Shown one piece after another: positions 50,727 through 63,260 of a DNA stretch of 64,000 nucleotides. This DNA is from Chrysemys picta bellii (taxonomy: Eukaryota). The stretch lies in contig NC_088793.1 in NCBI RefSeq assembly GCF_011386835.1, positions 93,310,001 through 93,374,000 of the forward strand. The letters run 5' to 3'. Numbering within the stretch: position 1 is the stretch's first letter; each line of letters opens with the position of its first letter. The position numbers and the translations under genes were made by a program. Below the pieces are notes generated by a model that searched no databases, had not been told where the DNA came from, and saw nothing but the letters and a program-made list of their open reading frames with translations.

Positions 50727-52232
50727 TTTTGGGTAGGGAGCATTTAAATGATACAATTATTTTAAATTTGTGTGCAGCTCCTTTGTCAAGTCAACTCTAC
50801 ATGCTAATAAATTCCTTCTCTGACCTCTTTGGGACACTATGTTGGGGCAGGTCAGCTGAACGCAACACTTCTACTCTAAGCAAGAGTGAAGCTAGGACTT
50901 ACTGATGAACACACATGTCTCTGTGCCAGATGGTTTTCTCCTCCACTGGCAAAATTCTCTACTTTATATGCAATGTGTTACGTAGTTTACCCAATCCCTA
51001 GAGTTAGACTAAACTATCGTTTTCAGGAGGGCAAGGGTTGGGAAACAGCTACAGTCCAATACCATTTAAAACAAAACTATTTCTATTAGACTGGTGAGCT
51101 AAAGAGAGAGAAAAGGAAACAACACAAAAAAAATGACCTTGGCAAATAAAAATCCATGCATATAGAAATAATTATTTGATTTCTATATGTAGTTTTTAGA
51201 AGCTACTTATAGATATATAGTTGGGGTAATGGAATCACAATTTCTGTGGGTATCGCTGTTGAATTGTACATTAGGCAAACCAGTGTTTACTTATTCTTTA
51301 AGTGCATAGTATATAAAATATCTGAGTGAATTTATATAGTAGGCAATATCCAGTAAGAGAACAATGGCTTTATTCTCAGAGCATTCAGAAATGGTTTAAA
51401 CTCATAAATCAGCTTGTCTTGACATCAATTCTAATAGTGTTCCAGAGGCCTCTCCTGCAATACAAGCACCTAGACATTTAAAAAAAATATTAATTACTAA
51501 ATCTGGAAGGTTGTTGAATTTCCTTGCTGTGTTATGATGCTGAAACTATGTTCTGACTCAGTGCATGTTATCACATGAGGAATTTTGTCCCATTCAACAC
51601 ATCTGGAAATGCTGGTAATCTCTAAGAGATTCCCATTTCCCCCCAATTTAACAGTTAAATTTGTTCCATGTGAGCTTAGTAGGAATGTGCAGCCCTGTCC
51701 CTGTGAGAGATGAATGAAAACTGTTAGCTAGTATACCTGCAACCATAAACTTTAAGAATAGAACTGAGTTATTTCACTGCTGAGAATAGGCTGATTACCA
51801 TTTTAACATAAGCACCCTTAAAGAAGGGACTTCATTATTAAATTGGAAGACTTTAAAGATGTAATAAAAAACCCATATTAATTGGATTATATTTTCATGT
51901 TTGAAGTTAAGGTATATTTAAAAAAAAAAACGTATTATCTTCACATTAGGTAATAGCCGTGGAAGCATTTTCCATTTTCTAGAACAAAATCTGAAATAAA
52001 CCTCTATTTTTCTCATTTTTAATTTTGATGAACCTCTGCTCTCCTGTTTTGTTCCCAGTCTGAGCACAAGTACAAAATGCCAGAAGCAAGAAAATGATTT
52101 TGTCGCAAAGCAGCCACCGATTAGCCCGGGGGGGGGGGGGGGGTTGCTTAAATGTAGTCCTAGGATCAGTTGAAAGATTTGGGAACCTTAGTGAGTCTGT
52201 CTGTACATTTGATTAGAGTGCTAGGTGAATTC

Positions 52233-53005
52233 CATAGAATCATAAGCTTAGAAGGGGCCACGCGGATCATCCAGTCTAACCCTCTGCCAAGATGCAGGAT
52301 TTGTTGTGTCTAAAGTACCATCCAAGACAGATGGCTCTATCCAGCCTCCTTTTGAAGATCTCCAGTGAAGAAACTTCCATGACCTCCCTAGTCCATCTGT
52401 TCCATTGTTCTACTGTTCCTACAGTTAGGAAGTTTTTCCTGAGATTTAATCTAAATCTGCTGTGCTGTAGTTTGAACCCATTGCCTCTTGTCCTGCCCTC
52501 TGGGGCAAGAAAGAACAACTTCTCTCCATCTTTTTTATGGCAGCTTTTCAATTATCTGAAGATGCTATCATGTCCCCCTTAATCCCCCTTAATCTCCTCT
52601 TTTCCAAACTAAATTACCCAGTTCCTTCAACCTTTGCTCATATGTCTGGCATTCCATCCCTTTGATCTTCTTTGTCACTTGCCCCTGGATCCTTTCCAGT
52701 TTCTCTACATCCTTTCTATACAATGCTGACCCAAACTGGACACAGTATTCCAGCTGAGGCCTACCCAGCACCGAGTAGAGCAGTACTACCACTTCCCATG
52801 ACTTGCATGCTATGCCTCTGTTAATGCAACAAAATTGCGTTTGCTTTGTTTTTTAACAGCATCACATTGCTGACTCACGTTGAGGTTGTGATCCACCACA
52901 ACTCCCACATCCTTCTGAGCCGTGCTGCTGCCAGGCCAGTTTTCCCCCATTCTGTATTTGTCCATTTGTTTTTCCTTCCTTAAGTGTAGCACCTTCCATT
53001 TGTCT
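52233..53005 (-). mobile_element. CR1 3' fragment
   Basis: LEYCVQFGS..KDVEKLERIQ..RLKEL..RTRGNGFKLQHSRFRLNLRKNFLTV; tail CATAGAATCATA on +. Confidence 0.95.
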
Positions 53006-54175
53006 GTTTCACATGATTTGTTGCAAGTATTTTCTTTGGCTTTATTGGAAATTACATTAATTCTATTTTTCTAGAATGATTTTCAGCAAATTTTTCATTA
53101 AAAAATTGAGTTGATTATCCATACTTTTAGGTGTTCCTAGGTGTTTGTGTAACTTGTCCCAAACTCCAAATTCATCCCTAACCCTATGTTTGACATTATA
53201 ATTAATTTTATAATTAGAAACTATTTCCTAGACTTCCAAAAGCAAAGAAATTAGTTTTAGCACATACAGTGTATATGGCAGGATATTCATCTTTTGTCTC
53301 TGTATCCCTGATCCAATTTCATTTAATGTCTTTGAGAGTTTTCCCACTGATTTTAATGGAAATTGGATCAGACCCACTGTCTGGAATTACCCCCTAATTA
53401 TAAAATGAATCCGACCACCCATTCTTCCAAAAGTAAAGAAATGAATTTTAACAACACAAAGATGGAAGGTCAATCTCAGAGGGCAGAGGACAGTACCCAA
53501 ATTTAATTTCTTAGGGCCATATCCTCAACTGCTCTAAATTGCTGTACGTCCACTGGTTTCTAGCCGAGACTCTGGCCTTTAGATTTTGACATATGCATTA
53601 TTATTAAAACAATACTATTTGCTAGGGAACTTCAAACTTATTCTAACATCTTGGATTTGAAAGTTTGTCTTGAAGATGGTTGTTTTTTCCATGCTATGTA
53701 AGAGACATTGTGGGGGGGAAGGAGTAGAGAAGGGACCAAGAAAAAATCCAATGGAAAAAACAAACTAACACATGACAAAGTGCAGACAGAAACAAATGCA
53801 GATAGACTGTAAATAGGGAGTGGAAAATGGTGGGCAGGAGATAGCTACTGCATGATGTACATGAAGCTAAGCACATGTATATGTACTTTGCTGAATAGGG
53901 ATTCTTAAAGTAAAGGATGTATTTAATTGCGTTACTAAATCAGGGCCATTTTATTGTGCTTTTTTTAATCTGGTGAAAATCAGCTGTGATTACACTATAT
54001 TTTGAGGATTTAAAAATACCTTTTGTTTTGATCTCCCAAATTTACACTGGCACTAGCTATGCATGGATATATAAACTTAGGAGAAATTTCAGTTGAATAA
54101 TTGTCTCAGGATTTCAATGGATGTACACGTGTATTTTACACAGTGGAGCAAGTGATTCCAGTCTATTTCTTTGCT

Positions 54176-55165
54176 CCAGACTTGTTTCCTTTTGTCCAAA
54201 CTAAAATCTTGACCTCTCTCTGACATCTCCTTGTGGATGTCTAGACATAAACTCAAGGTCAACATGACTAAAACAGAGCTGTTAATCTTCCCACTCTAAG
54301 CCCTCTCTATTACCTCTTTTCTCTATCACTGTGGACAACACAACCATCCTGCCTGTCACTCAGGCCTGTAACCAAGGCATCATCTTTGACTTGAACCTCT
54401 CTCTACATCTTTGCATCCAGGGCTATATTTAAATTTTGTGGATTCTTTCCTCATAAAATCTCTAAGATCTGTCCTTTCCTATCCATCCACACAGCTAAAA
54501 CTCTCACCCAGACTTTTATTATCTCATGTCTCAATTACTGCAACATCTTTTTCTCTGGCCTTGACACTGTCCCACTCATGTCCATTCAGAATGCTGCTGC
54601 AAAGATCATTTTTCTAGACCATCGCTCTGAACATATCACCCTCTCATTGCATCCCTTCACTGGCTCCCTCTTCCCTTTCATATCAATCATAATCTTGTTT
54701 TCACTTTCAAGGCCTTTCAAAACCTATCCCCATCCTATCTATCATTCAGGATTGAAAGGTCAGCTCCTGCATCCAATAGGTCCATGATGCCAGCCTCCAT
54801 CATCCACTTGTTAAACTTTCAAACAAGCACCTTTGTGCTTTCTCATTTTGCTCCTCGTGTCTTGGAGAAGTTCCCTGTAAACTTCCACAAAACTAACTCA
54901 TTTTCGTCCTCAAATTTCTCCTTCAAATTCTCCTTTGCTGTGAGGCCTACAAAAAATTGGCAGTGGCTAGGCTGCTGATATGCTGAGAACACAATGTGTC
55001 ATGCTGACCAGTATTGTCTCTTTGTTTTCTTCTACTCCCCATCTGCTTGTATCCATTTGTGGTCTCTTGTCTTATACACAGATTGTAAGTTCTTTTAGGG
55101 GAGAGACTATGGTTTTGTTCCATGGTCCTCGGTAGCACTATAATACAAATAATAAATAAGAATAA
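54176..55165 (+). mobile_element. L2 LINE 3' ~1 kb
   Basis: WMSRHKLKVNMTKTEL, SIQNAAAKIIFL..HITL..LHW, L2 tail TGTAAGTTC..AATAATAAATAA. Confidence 0.9.
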
Positions 55166-55587
55166 TTTCAGGTTTAATAATTGGAGGATTATGGAATATG
55201 ATCTCTGAAGGGATGTATGGAGGCTGGGCTTTGATAGACTTTAAACTGATTCCTTTTCGCTCTGATATTTTGCTGCCTTGCAGGAGCAGTAATGGGTACT
55301 TTTATATTACTAGATTTGGAAGATTTCTAGTTCTCTGTGGGCCTCAGAACTCAGTTCGAACCCTAAAAAACACAAATATTTGAGTTTTAAAACTGTGACA
55401 TTATGTAAAAAAAACACACCCTTTTAAGTCATTTTCACTTGGTTATGGTCTAGTGTAGCAAAAAAGTTTTGTCAACACTTGTTTGAGATGATCTGCATAG
55501 TCAGAACTTTGCCTCTTGTGAAAAATATGCTCATCCTAGACTCGTGGTGATAGAAATGTTATACTGCATCGTATATTCCCTGTATAA

Positions 55588-55923
55588 CAGGGGTCGGCAA
55601 CGTTTGGCATGTGGCTCGCCAGGGTAAGCACCCTGGCGGGCCGGGCCAGTTTTATTTACCTGCTGACGTGGCGGGTTCGGCCGATTGCGGCCCCCACTGG
55701 CCGTGGTTCGCTGTCCTGGGCCAATGGGGGCGGCGAGAAGCCACGGCCAGCACATCACTCGCCTGCGCTGCTTCCCGCCGCCCCCATTGGCCCGGGACGG
55801 CGAACCGCGGCCAGTGGGGGCTGCGATCAGCCGAATCTGCCGTGTCAGCAGGTAAATAAAACTGGCCCGGCCTGCCAGGGTGCTTACCCTGGCGAGCCGC
55901 GTGCCAAACGTTGCCGACCCTTG
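55588..55923. mobile_element. Young, almost fully palindromic hAT MITE
   Basis: TIR CAGGGGTCGGCAAC / GTTGCCGACCCTTG; perfect TSD CTGTATAA at 55580-55587 and 55924-55931. Confidence 0.95.
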
Positions 55924-55962
55924 CTGTATAATAAAGAAATAATGTCATACTGCACAGGTGCC

Positions 55963-56632
55963 TGTGATGGGGTGTCCACCCCACACAAGACTGGAAGGCA
56001 GCCAGGTAGGCCTATGAAATCCACAGGCTACACCTGGAGGAAGAGTCAGGGCACAGGGAATTGATTTCAAGCAGGCTCAGCTGGGCAGGAACAGGTGGGG
56101 CCTATAAAGCAAAGATGCTGGCAATAGACAGACCTGCTGCTGGCAAAGGACAGTCACTCCCTGGGCAGAGGGAGGAGGGTTTAGAGCTAGTACACCCAGA
56201 GAAAGGAAGGGAACCAGGAGTTGTAAGAAACAGTCCAGGAAAGGAGCAGTGAGAGCTGGGAGAGGAAAGCACAGAACTGCTGGGTGTCGGGTCCCTGGAC
56301 TGGAACTTGGAGTAGAGGATGGGCTAGGGTTCCCCTGCCAGCCACCGAGGGCATGACATAGACCAGATGTGGGGCAGTGAATGGGAAGACTGCCTGGGTC
56401 ACTGTGAGAGTGACAGACAATTGAAGAACTGTACCACAAATTGGGGGAAATACTGAGCAACTTAACTGCAGGGTTGAGTCATGAAGAAGACACTGAAGTT
56501 CCTGGGATGAGAGAGGAGTTACGGATCTGAGAGAGAGCGAGGTGGCATGCAACCACAGGAGGGGGAATGGACCCTCCCCAGAGGGACCAGGAGGAGGTGC
56601 CAGACAAGCAGTGAGTGGTGCATCCCCTGAGA
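55963..56632 (+). mobile_element. Solo LTR, family X copy 2
   Basis: TGTGATGGGGTGTCCACCCC start; 5-bp TSD GTGCC at 55958-55962 and 56633-56637. Confidence 0.85.
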
Positions 56633-57025
56633 GTGCCCAACACCAGTGCTTGAAAACTCACTGTAATTAGATGAACTATTGCACTCTCTATATAAACATT
56701 TTTACAGTATACTGTCACACTTTAGTAACTTGTCATGCCTTGTGTTATGAACCCAGGATTGTAGTTAATTGCCAGGTTAGGGCTCAATTTGTTTTTATAA
56801 TTCATTATTTATTTGAATGCTGACTGAGTACTTGGTGCTGTACAAATGTAAGGAGATATGGTCCTTACTCCAATAAGTTTAAAATCTAATTAAGATTCAG
56901 ACACTAAAAAGACTGTGGGTGATAGTGCAAGTTTCCCGAGGAAGAGGGGATGCATCTTGGATAACTGAACACCAGAAGATTTTACAGAATCAGGGTTAGA
57001 GCATGTGTGTGGGTTTGTGTTAGAG

Positions 57026-57395
57026 CAGTGGCTCTCAACCAGGAGTCTGGGAACCCCTGGGGGGATGCAAGCAGATTTCAGGGGGTCTGCCAAGCAGGAC
57101 CAGTGTTAGACTTGTGGGGGCCCAGGTCAGAAAGCCGGAGTCCTACTGCATGGGGCTGAAGCCTGGGGCCCTGAACCCCACCACCTGGGGCTGAAGCAGA
57201 AGCCTGAGCAACTTAGCTTCACGGTGCCCCCTGTAGCATGGGGCCCTGGGCAATTGCCCTGCTTGCTACCCCTTAATGCCGGCCTGGGCTTTTATATGCA
57301 AAAAAACAGTTATTGTGGCACAGGTGGGCCATGGAGTTTTTGTAGCATGTTTGGGGGAGGGAGGGCCTCAAATAGAAAAAGATTGAGAACCCCTG
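57026..57395. mobile_element. hAT MITE
   Basis: TIR CAGTGGCTCTCAA / TTGAGAACCCCTG; TSD TGTTAGAG/TGTTAGAA. Confidence 0.85.
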
Positions 57396-57790
57396 TGTTA
57401 GAAGGACTTGAAAAAGGGAAAGCAAACAGCTGATCATCTCTCCAAAGCAGCAGACTAGCTTTAGATAGTTGAACTGGATTTGAGAGTGGAAAAAACAACT
57501 GAACTGGCTTTTGATTTCACAGATGTATTTTATCTTCCATTTATGACACTTACCCTACTGACTCTGACCTGGCAGGAGTATCCTATTGCAAAAACTTGAA
57601 GAACTCTGCAGTCAGGCACTTATCCACTGCCTGTATAACAGGATTGTCATACTCCCTGACTCAATTTACAGCTCAGACAGCTTCAGTCATTTGAAAGGTG
57701 GATGAATAAGCACCCACGCAAATGTCAACCTGACTCACCAAGCACCACAGTCTTCGAGTTTTCTATACCTTTCTGTCACGTAGTAGAGAA

Positions 57791-59133
57791 TGTAATACAC
57801 CCTGAAAGACTCATTAGTCTCTCCAGCTGGGGTTAAGCTGCTGCAGCTTTCAAACTGATCAGAGATGTGCATTCTGGTGGACAAAAGAGTCCCTTCCCTA
57901 TATTCAATCAGAACACACTAGAGCTGGAACTAGAGCCAGGAGGGTGAGAAAGTGGCTCTGTGGTTTGCCCCTACGGGTGCTTAGGGTTGTCTGGGTGTTC
58001 TAATCAAGCTAGAACTAAACCTTATTGATACTGACTATTATTTGGCTCTGTTACTTGTGTTTGTGTATGACTGTTCCAGCCAGATTGCAGTCAAGTTTTT
58101 ATTTTATTTTATGACCTTCATATGTGAATGTCATTCACGGCTGTACGAACTGAACGTTAGAGCTCCAGGTGGCTCTATTTGTTGGAGTGCCTACAACATT
58201 TGCCTCCCAGGTTTGTGCTGTGACTGTCATGTCTACTGGCCTTAACCAATTTCTGTGTACCATCACTGACACAGGCTCCAGCTCAGATTTATCTAGGACA
58301 AGAGGCAGTTGGTTACAATAGATGTAGATCTGTGTTTGGGAGGCAGTCCATAACCCAAGCCTGCTATAGACAAAGGAATGTGTGGCAGAGGACAATTAAA
58401 GTACATGTAAATACATATATGGCAAACAAAGCCATCAAGCTACACAAGCAGAAGCAAAGACTATTTAACAATCACACCAGGGATAGCAGGAAGCCTTCCT
58501 GGCTCTTGAAGCAGAGATGAAGAATTTTGGGTTATTTAAGGGAGGCATAAAGACCTTTTAGGGATCCATCTCTGAGGGGACATAGGATACAACACACTCT
58601 GAGCCTGTGAAAGTTGGGTCCCCTAGTTTGGAGGGTTAGGAATGTTGGTAAGTTAAGTGAGAAAACTGCTTAGGCAAAGATCTAGCAACTAAAATGTAGT
58701 CTTAGCAAGTTGCAAAAGTGTTTTGTTCTGTTTTTTGTTGTGTAACTATACCTGTCTCTTTTCTTTTGCTTGATATCACTTAATCTCTGTTCTTTAGTAA
58801 TAAACTGATTCTTGTTTTATTACAAGTGTTAGGTTAGCTGAAGACACAACAGGCAGATGTGTGCTCTGTCTCTTTGGAGGCAGCAAACTTAATTTCTGTG
58901 AGTGTCCACTGACAGGCACTGGACACTACAGGGAGACATCTCTGGGAACTTGATAACTAGGGTTCACTGAGTGTTTCCTGTCAGGCAAGTTTAGACTGGC
59001 AAAGTCTTGAAGCGTTTGCTAGCAAGGCAGACAGGCTGGTGTGTCAGCAGCAGCAAAGCCCTCACTTTTGCTAAGGCAGAGTGGTAACACAGCGGCTCAC
59101 AGTTCTGGGTGTCCTGCTGAGCACAACATTACA
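57791..59133. mobile_element. One long or two adjacent LTR-like elements
   Basis: TGTAAT...ATTACA outer ends, internal GGTTACA at 58317, AATAAA near 58799; no TSD. Confidence 0.45.
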
Positions 59134-59179
59134 TGCTTACCCAGCACTTTTTGTTTCTAGCTGTGAGTGTTTTACACAA

Positions 59180-59290
59180 GTGACTCATCTTGTTCCCCAT
59201 TTTACAGCTGTGAGAACTGAGGCACAGAGAGGTCTGTGACTTGCTCAGAATTACACGGCCAGCAGTTGCAGGGTCTCCTGGTTTCTACTC
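59180..59290 (-). mobile_element. MIR core
   Basis: CCCATTTTACAGCTGTGAGAACTGAGGCACAGAGAGG..TGACTTGCTCAG. Confidence 0.8.
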
Positions 59291-61544
59291 TTAAAACTTA
59301 TCGCCCCCAGGAATTTGTACTAATTGTGTACAGAAAATAGAAAGTCTTCTCATTAAAAGAAATCTCATACAGATGTCTTAGCAGCAACAGCCCTTAATTT
59401 ATGACTGTCTCATTTTATCCTGTTGTTTTTACTCCAATTGGGTCAAATTCCTCCATGGTGTAACTCTACTGAAGAGATGAAATTCATTGTATATGGCTTG
59501 AGTACTATTCTTCTTTTGGTGTTTTGCCCCCACCCCCCTTTTTTTTTCTTTAATGAAACTTTTAGATTCACCTTCTTTTTGTTCACCTTTTTGATCTTGT
59601 CTTTAATTTTCCCCCCTCCCCTTCTATTGGCTCCTGTCCTCCATTGATTTTGCTCTTTTTTCTTTTTTCCTCCCATTTTTTCTTGTGTCCTTAGTGTCTT
59701 CTGGGCTTAGTTTCTCCCCTCTGGATCTGCCACAATCTTCCCTGCTCTGTCTGAAATATCAAGACTGAGGCCAAACTAAGTGGGGAATTGATCAGGGGCA
59801 AATCAATAGCCCAAATTATAGATTTACTTTCAGTCTATTGCTATTCATTTGGCTTCCCTTCAAATTGCTGTTTTTAGATAGAGAACTGCACTATTGAGTC
59901 AGAAGTCCCAGGTTAAGGGCCCGATCCAAAAGCCTATTGACTTCAATGGGAAACTAGCTATTGACCTCAATCTGTTTTGACTCGCCTTGAATTCATTCAC
60001 TAGTGCAGAAAGAAAGGGGGGGGGGAGGAGGATGACAATGTGAATGGTCTTAATACTGTGATACTGCACATTTTTCAGAAGCATGTGTTACTGAGGGAGG
60101 GGTGAGGAATAGATTATTTATCCCCATAAGCAGGGTTGCTTTCTACTTTCCCCATTTTCTCTATTCCAATGAACAGACGTGGCACATGCACACAAACAGA
60201 GAGGAGATAGAAATGGGTTGATCAAATGAGCTGCCTTTCAGCCAAAAAGGGATTGGTAAATTTCGCTTTATACAGTAAACTAAGTGGCAATATGCAGTTC
60301 TGTTTAGCAGGGCAAAATCTCCCCATTACAATCTGTTCCAGGCAAAACAGAAGCCATCAATAATTTTACATTCAAAAACATTCTTACTAATTGTTGCTGT
60401 CACTGCAGTAGTTTTGATTTGACACTCTTTCTGTAAATCATTTCTAATCCAGCACAGAAAAGCAGTTTGAGCTTTACAGTAGTTCAGCGAATATGCACAT
60501 CTAGTATTCCATCCTGGTCCTGGTTTGTTGACATGTTTAATTAAAACCATATTATCACTGCTTCATCAACATTTTTAAACCTTTTTTTTTTTCTTCCAGG
60601 AGGAGGAAGCATTCCCCCATCAATCAGATTAGATTTCAGTGTTGATGTAGCATCTTCATTCACAGTCCTGGTACCGCTGTAACAGGAGCTAGAGAAGCAA
60701 TTATCACGCTATCCTATGCACTTAAAAGCAGCCATGAAATGTTTTTGAATATATATTTTTTCTGTCATCCTGTCAGCTACACATCTGTGTGGTTGCTTTG
60801 TTAAGATGACAGCAAATATCTCTCACTCGCTTTCTTTTAAGTTCTTTGAAATTGTAATAGGCACATTAGATTTTCTCTTCTTTTTTTCTTTTTCCTTTAA
60901 CCACAGCTTTAGCTTTTCTTGATCTTTTGGTATTATCTGAGTGGCATATCCCCAGTGCTTGGATACAGATATGTCAATTTTGGGTGGGGAGGCTAGCTTC
61001 ATTTACTTGCAAATCGGGACATTTACACAGTCCGTTGTCTCTCACATAGGTTTTGCATCTGCAGGAAGCTTTTTTGCAGAAGACAGCACATTAGGCACCA
61101 TAATTATTTTAATCTAACATCCTCTCAGTATTGCTCTTTAGGAGAGAGCAGTAAAATGGAGTGAGGGAGCAGGCGAACAATGCTTTGCTTTGGAGGACTT
61201 GACAGCTGATATAGTGCCATTTTCAAAGCTGCCTCAAATCAAGTGCTCTATAAGGCCATAACTGCTGAATAGATGTTAGCTTTACTGCAGTGAAAGGGAA
61301 ATAATGATTCAGTTAAACATTAGTAAAGTATGGCTGTCAGAATAATAAGTGCAGTACCATATTCCTACATCAGAACTCTCTTTGACAAAATGCAATAAAG
61401 GAATCTAATCTGTCAAGAAATGTTTACCAGTGACACTGTTTCTTAGCTACTTTATCCATGGTCTGTTGATGTTATCGGGGAAGGGGGGGGAAATGATTTT
61501 GTCAGCCCAATGGGGAAAGGAAAGGAATCTATCAAGACTATCTA

Positions 61545-61760
61545 GCATAGAGGCGGGATTAACGGGCCACTTCACCTTGAATGGTCCCTTTAAATATGTG
61601 TTAAATACTTATGCTAAACAATCTGTTCCACCTTGTATTTAGCTATGACAGGAAGTATGTTTCCCAGACTTGAAGAAAGGCTCTGCATGTTTTGAAAGCT
61701 TGTCTCTCTCACCAACAGAAGTTGGCCCAATAAAAGATATTATCTCACCCGCCTTGTCAC
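61545..61760 (+). mobile_element. Penelope-like 3' end with mutated hammerhead motif
   Basis: GGCCACTTCACCTTGAATGGTCCC..AGAC-TTGAAGA..GAAAGCTTGTCT..AATAAAAGATATT. Confidence 0.8.
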
Positions 61761-61840
61761 TTAATATAGCACATGTCACAGCCCTACTACGGGGCTGGTG
61801 ATAAATACTTAGGGCATTTCAATAAATACTAAGGGTGATT

Positions 61841-62110
61841 CAAAACAATAACAAGAGTGGCCACTTAAGCGGATTATGGGACATTTCCGGAGGCTGATCA
61901 GAGCGCAGTAATGCACCACCTCGTCCACACTGATGCCCGGCGTTGTAGCCAAGGCGCAGCAAATGTTATTCTCTCGCCGAGGTGGAGTAATGGGAGCGCT
62001 CTAACTGCAGAGTCAGAGTGCTCTATGTGCCTTGCCAGTGTGGACAGGGAGTGAGCTAGTGCGCCCGGGTCTGCTTTAATGCGCACTAACTCGCAAGTGT
62101 AGCCAAGCCC
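61841..62110 (-). mobile_element. Harbinger terminal fragment related to the left end of copy A
   Basis: Reverse complement aligns with 14533-14800 (GGCTACACTTGCGAGTTAG..CCACACTGGCAAGGCACATAGAGCA..ACTCCACCTCGGCGAG). Confidence 0.88.
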
Positions 62111-62181
62111 TTACTCACAGCTGTTTTGTGGTGTAAGTTATTTGACTTCAGTGGAGTTTCTCTTATTCTACACCAGTCTAA

Positions 62182-62388
62182 GGCCAGGTCTACACTACAC
62201 ACTTACTTTGGTATAACTACATCATTCAGAGCTTCTCCGACAGACATAATTCCCACCTCTGTGAGAAATGGTAGATATTAAGCCAATGAGAGAGCGCTCG
62301 CCCATCGGCTTGGAGTGGCTTCACCAGAAGCGCGACGGCAGTGCAGCAGCAGCAGTGCAACTGTGTAGTTCATAGTGTAGACCTGCCC
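62182..62388. mobile_element. Harbinger MITE
   Basis: TIR GGCCAGGTCTACACTA / TAGTGTAGACCTGCCC; TAA TSD on both sides. Confidence 0.9.
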
Positions 62389-62533
62389 TAAGTAAGAGGA
62401 GAATCAGGACCTGCATATTTAGAGACACTAAAAACTGTTTTAGAATTTATTTGTTAAGCACAGACAATGATATAGTGCTAACTCAACTCTTCTACTTTAT
62501 TGGGGGTGGAAAATGTTGCTTTCTTTAAAATTG

Positions 62534-63260
62534 TGTGATAGGGTCAGGCCAGACGGCTAATGAAGAGTGTGATTTGTTTGTTTGTTTTTTGTTTGTTTGT
62601 TCAGAATTCTTTTTCTTAACAGACCAGAGTAGGAAAGTCCACTGCTGGGCACAATTAGCTCATTCTCCTTATGAGCTTGTTAATCTGATCTTCCCTGTTG
62701 CCGGAAGGCAGGTATTTTAGCCCTAAGATAAGCGGGTCCCTTTCCCCTTGGTAACTGAACAGGGGTTACTTTAGGTTAATTGGGGCACCTGGGGCCAATT
62801 AAGGGCCTGCCAGAACCTGTTAAAAGCCTCCCCTCCAGCCAGATAGGGGCGCACAATAGGAGCTGAGGAAGGAAGGCGAGCTACTGGAGAGCTGGGCAAT
62901 GCAGCCATTGACAAGCATTAGGAGAGAAGCCCCGCAGGTACAGATGCAAAGGGCGGGAGAATCCCTGTCCAACAGGGCGGACGGCCCTTAAGGGCCCCGC
63001 AGGTCTGAGGGAAGAGACCCTGCCAGAGGGGAGAGACTGAACCGAGTGTCTGGTCTGTTGCCACCACGCCCAGAGGGGCTACCAGAGACTAAGAGGCTCC
63101 CCCTCCCCCCATCAGGGAGGCCGGGAGGAACACTGTTCTGTCAGGGTGTGGACAATAAACCCGGGACATGGGGACAGTCCTAAGGGGAAAGAGGAATACC
63201 CCATCCAGCCGCTAAATGGAAGCGCGGGACTCACCAGGGTGAAGAGAAACCTCTGTTACT
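62534..63260 (+). mobile_element. Solo LTR (Gypsy-like) with an apparent ~140-bp internal insert
   Basis: TGTGATAGGGTCAGGCCAG start, AATAAA near 63155, TGTTAC end; flanks ATTG/ATTT. Confidence 0.65.

Noticed and set aside
2879-52143. Poly-C/poly-G tracts (2879, 34601, 48351, 50542, 52128) as a G-quadruplex system
   Set aside because: Simple homopolymers in unrelated contexts with no shared flanks or spacing
55609-56064. Long ORFs on both strands (151 aa, 110 aa)
   Set aside because: Artefact of a GC-rich palindromic MITE lacking stop codons
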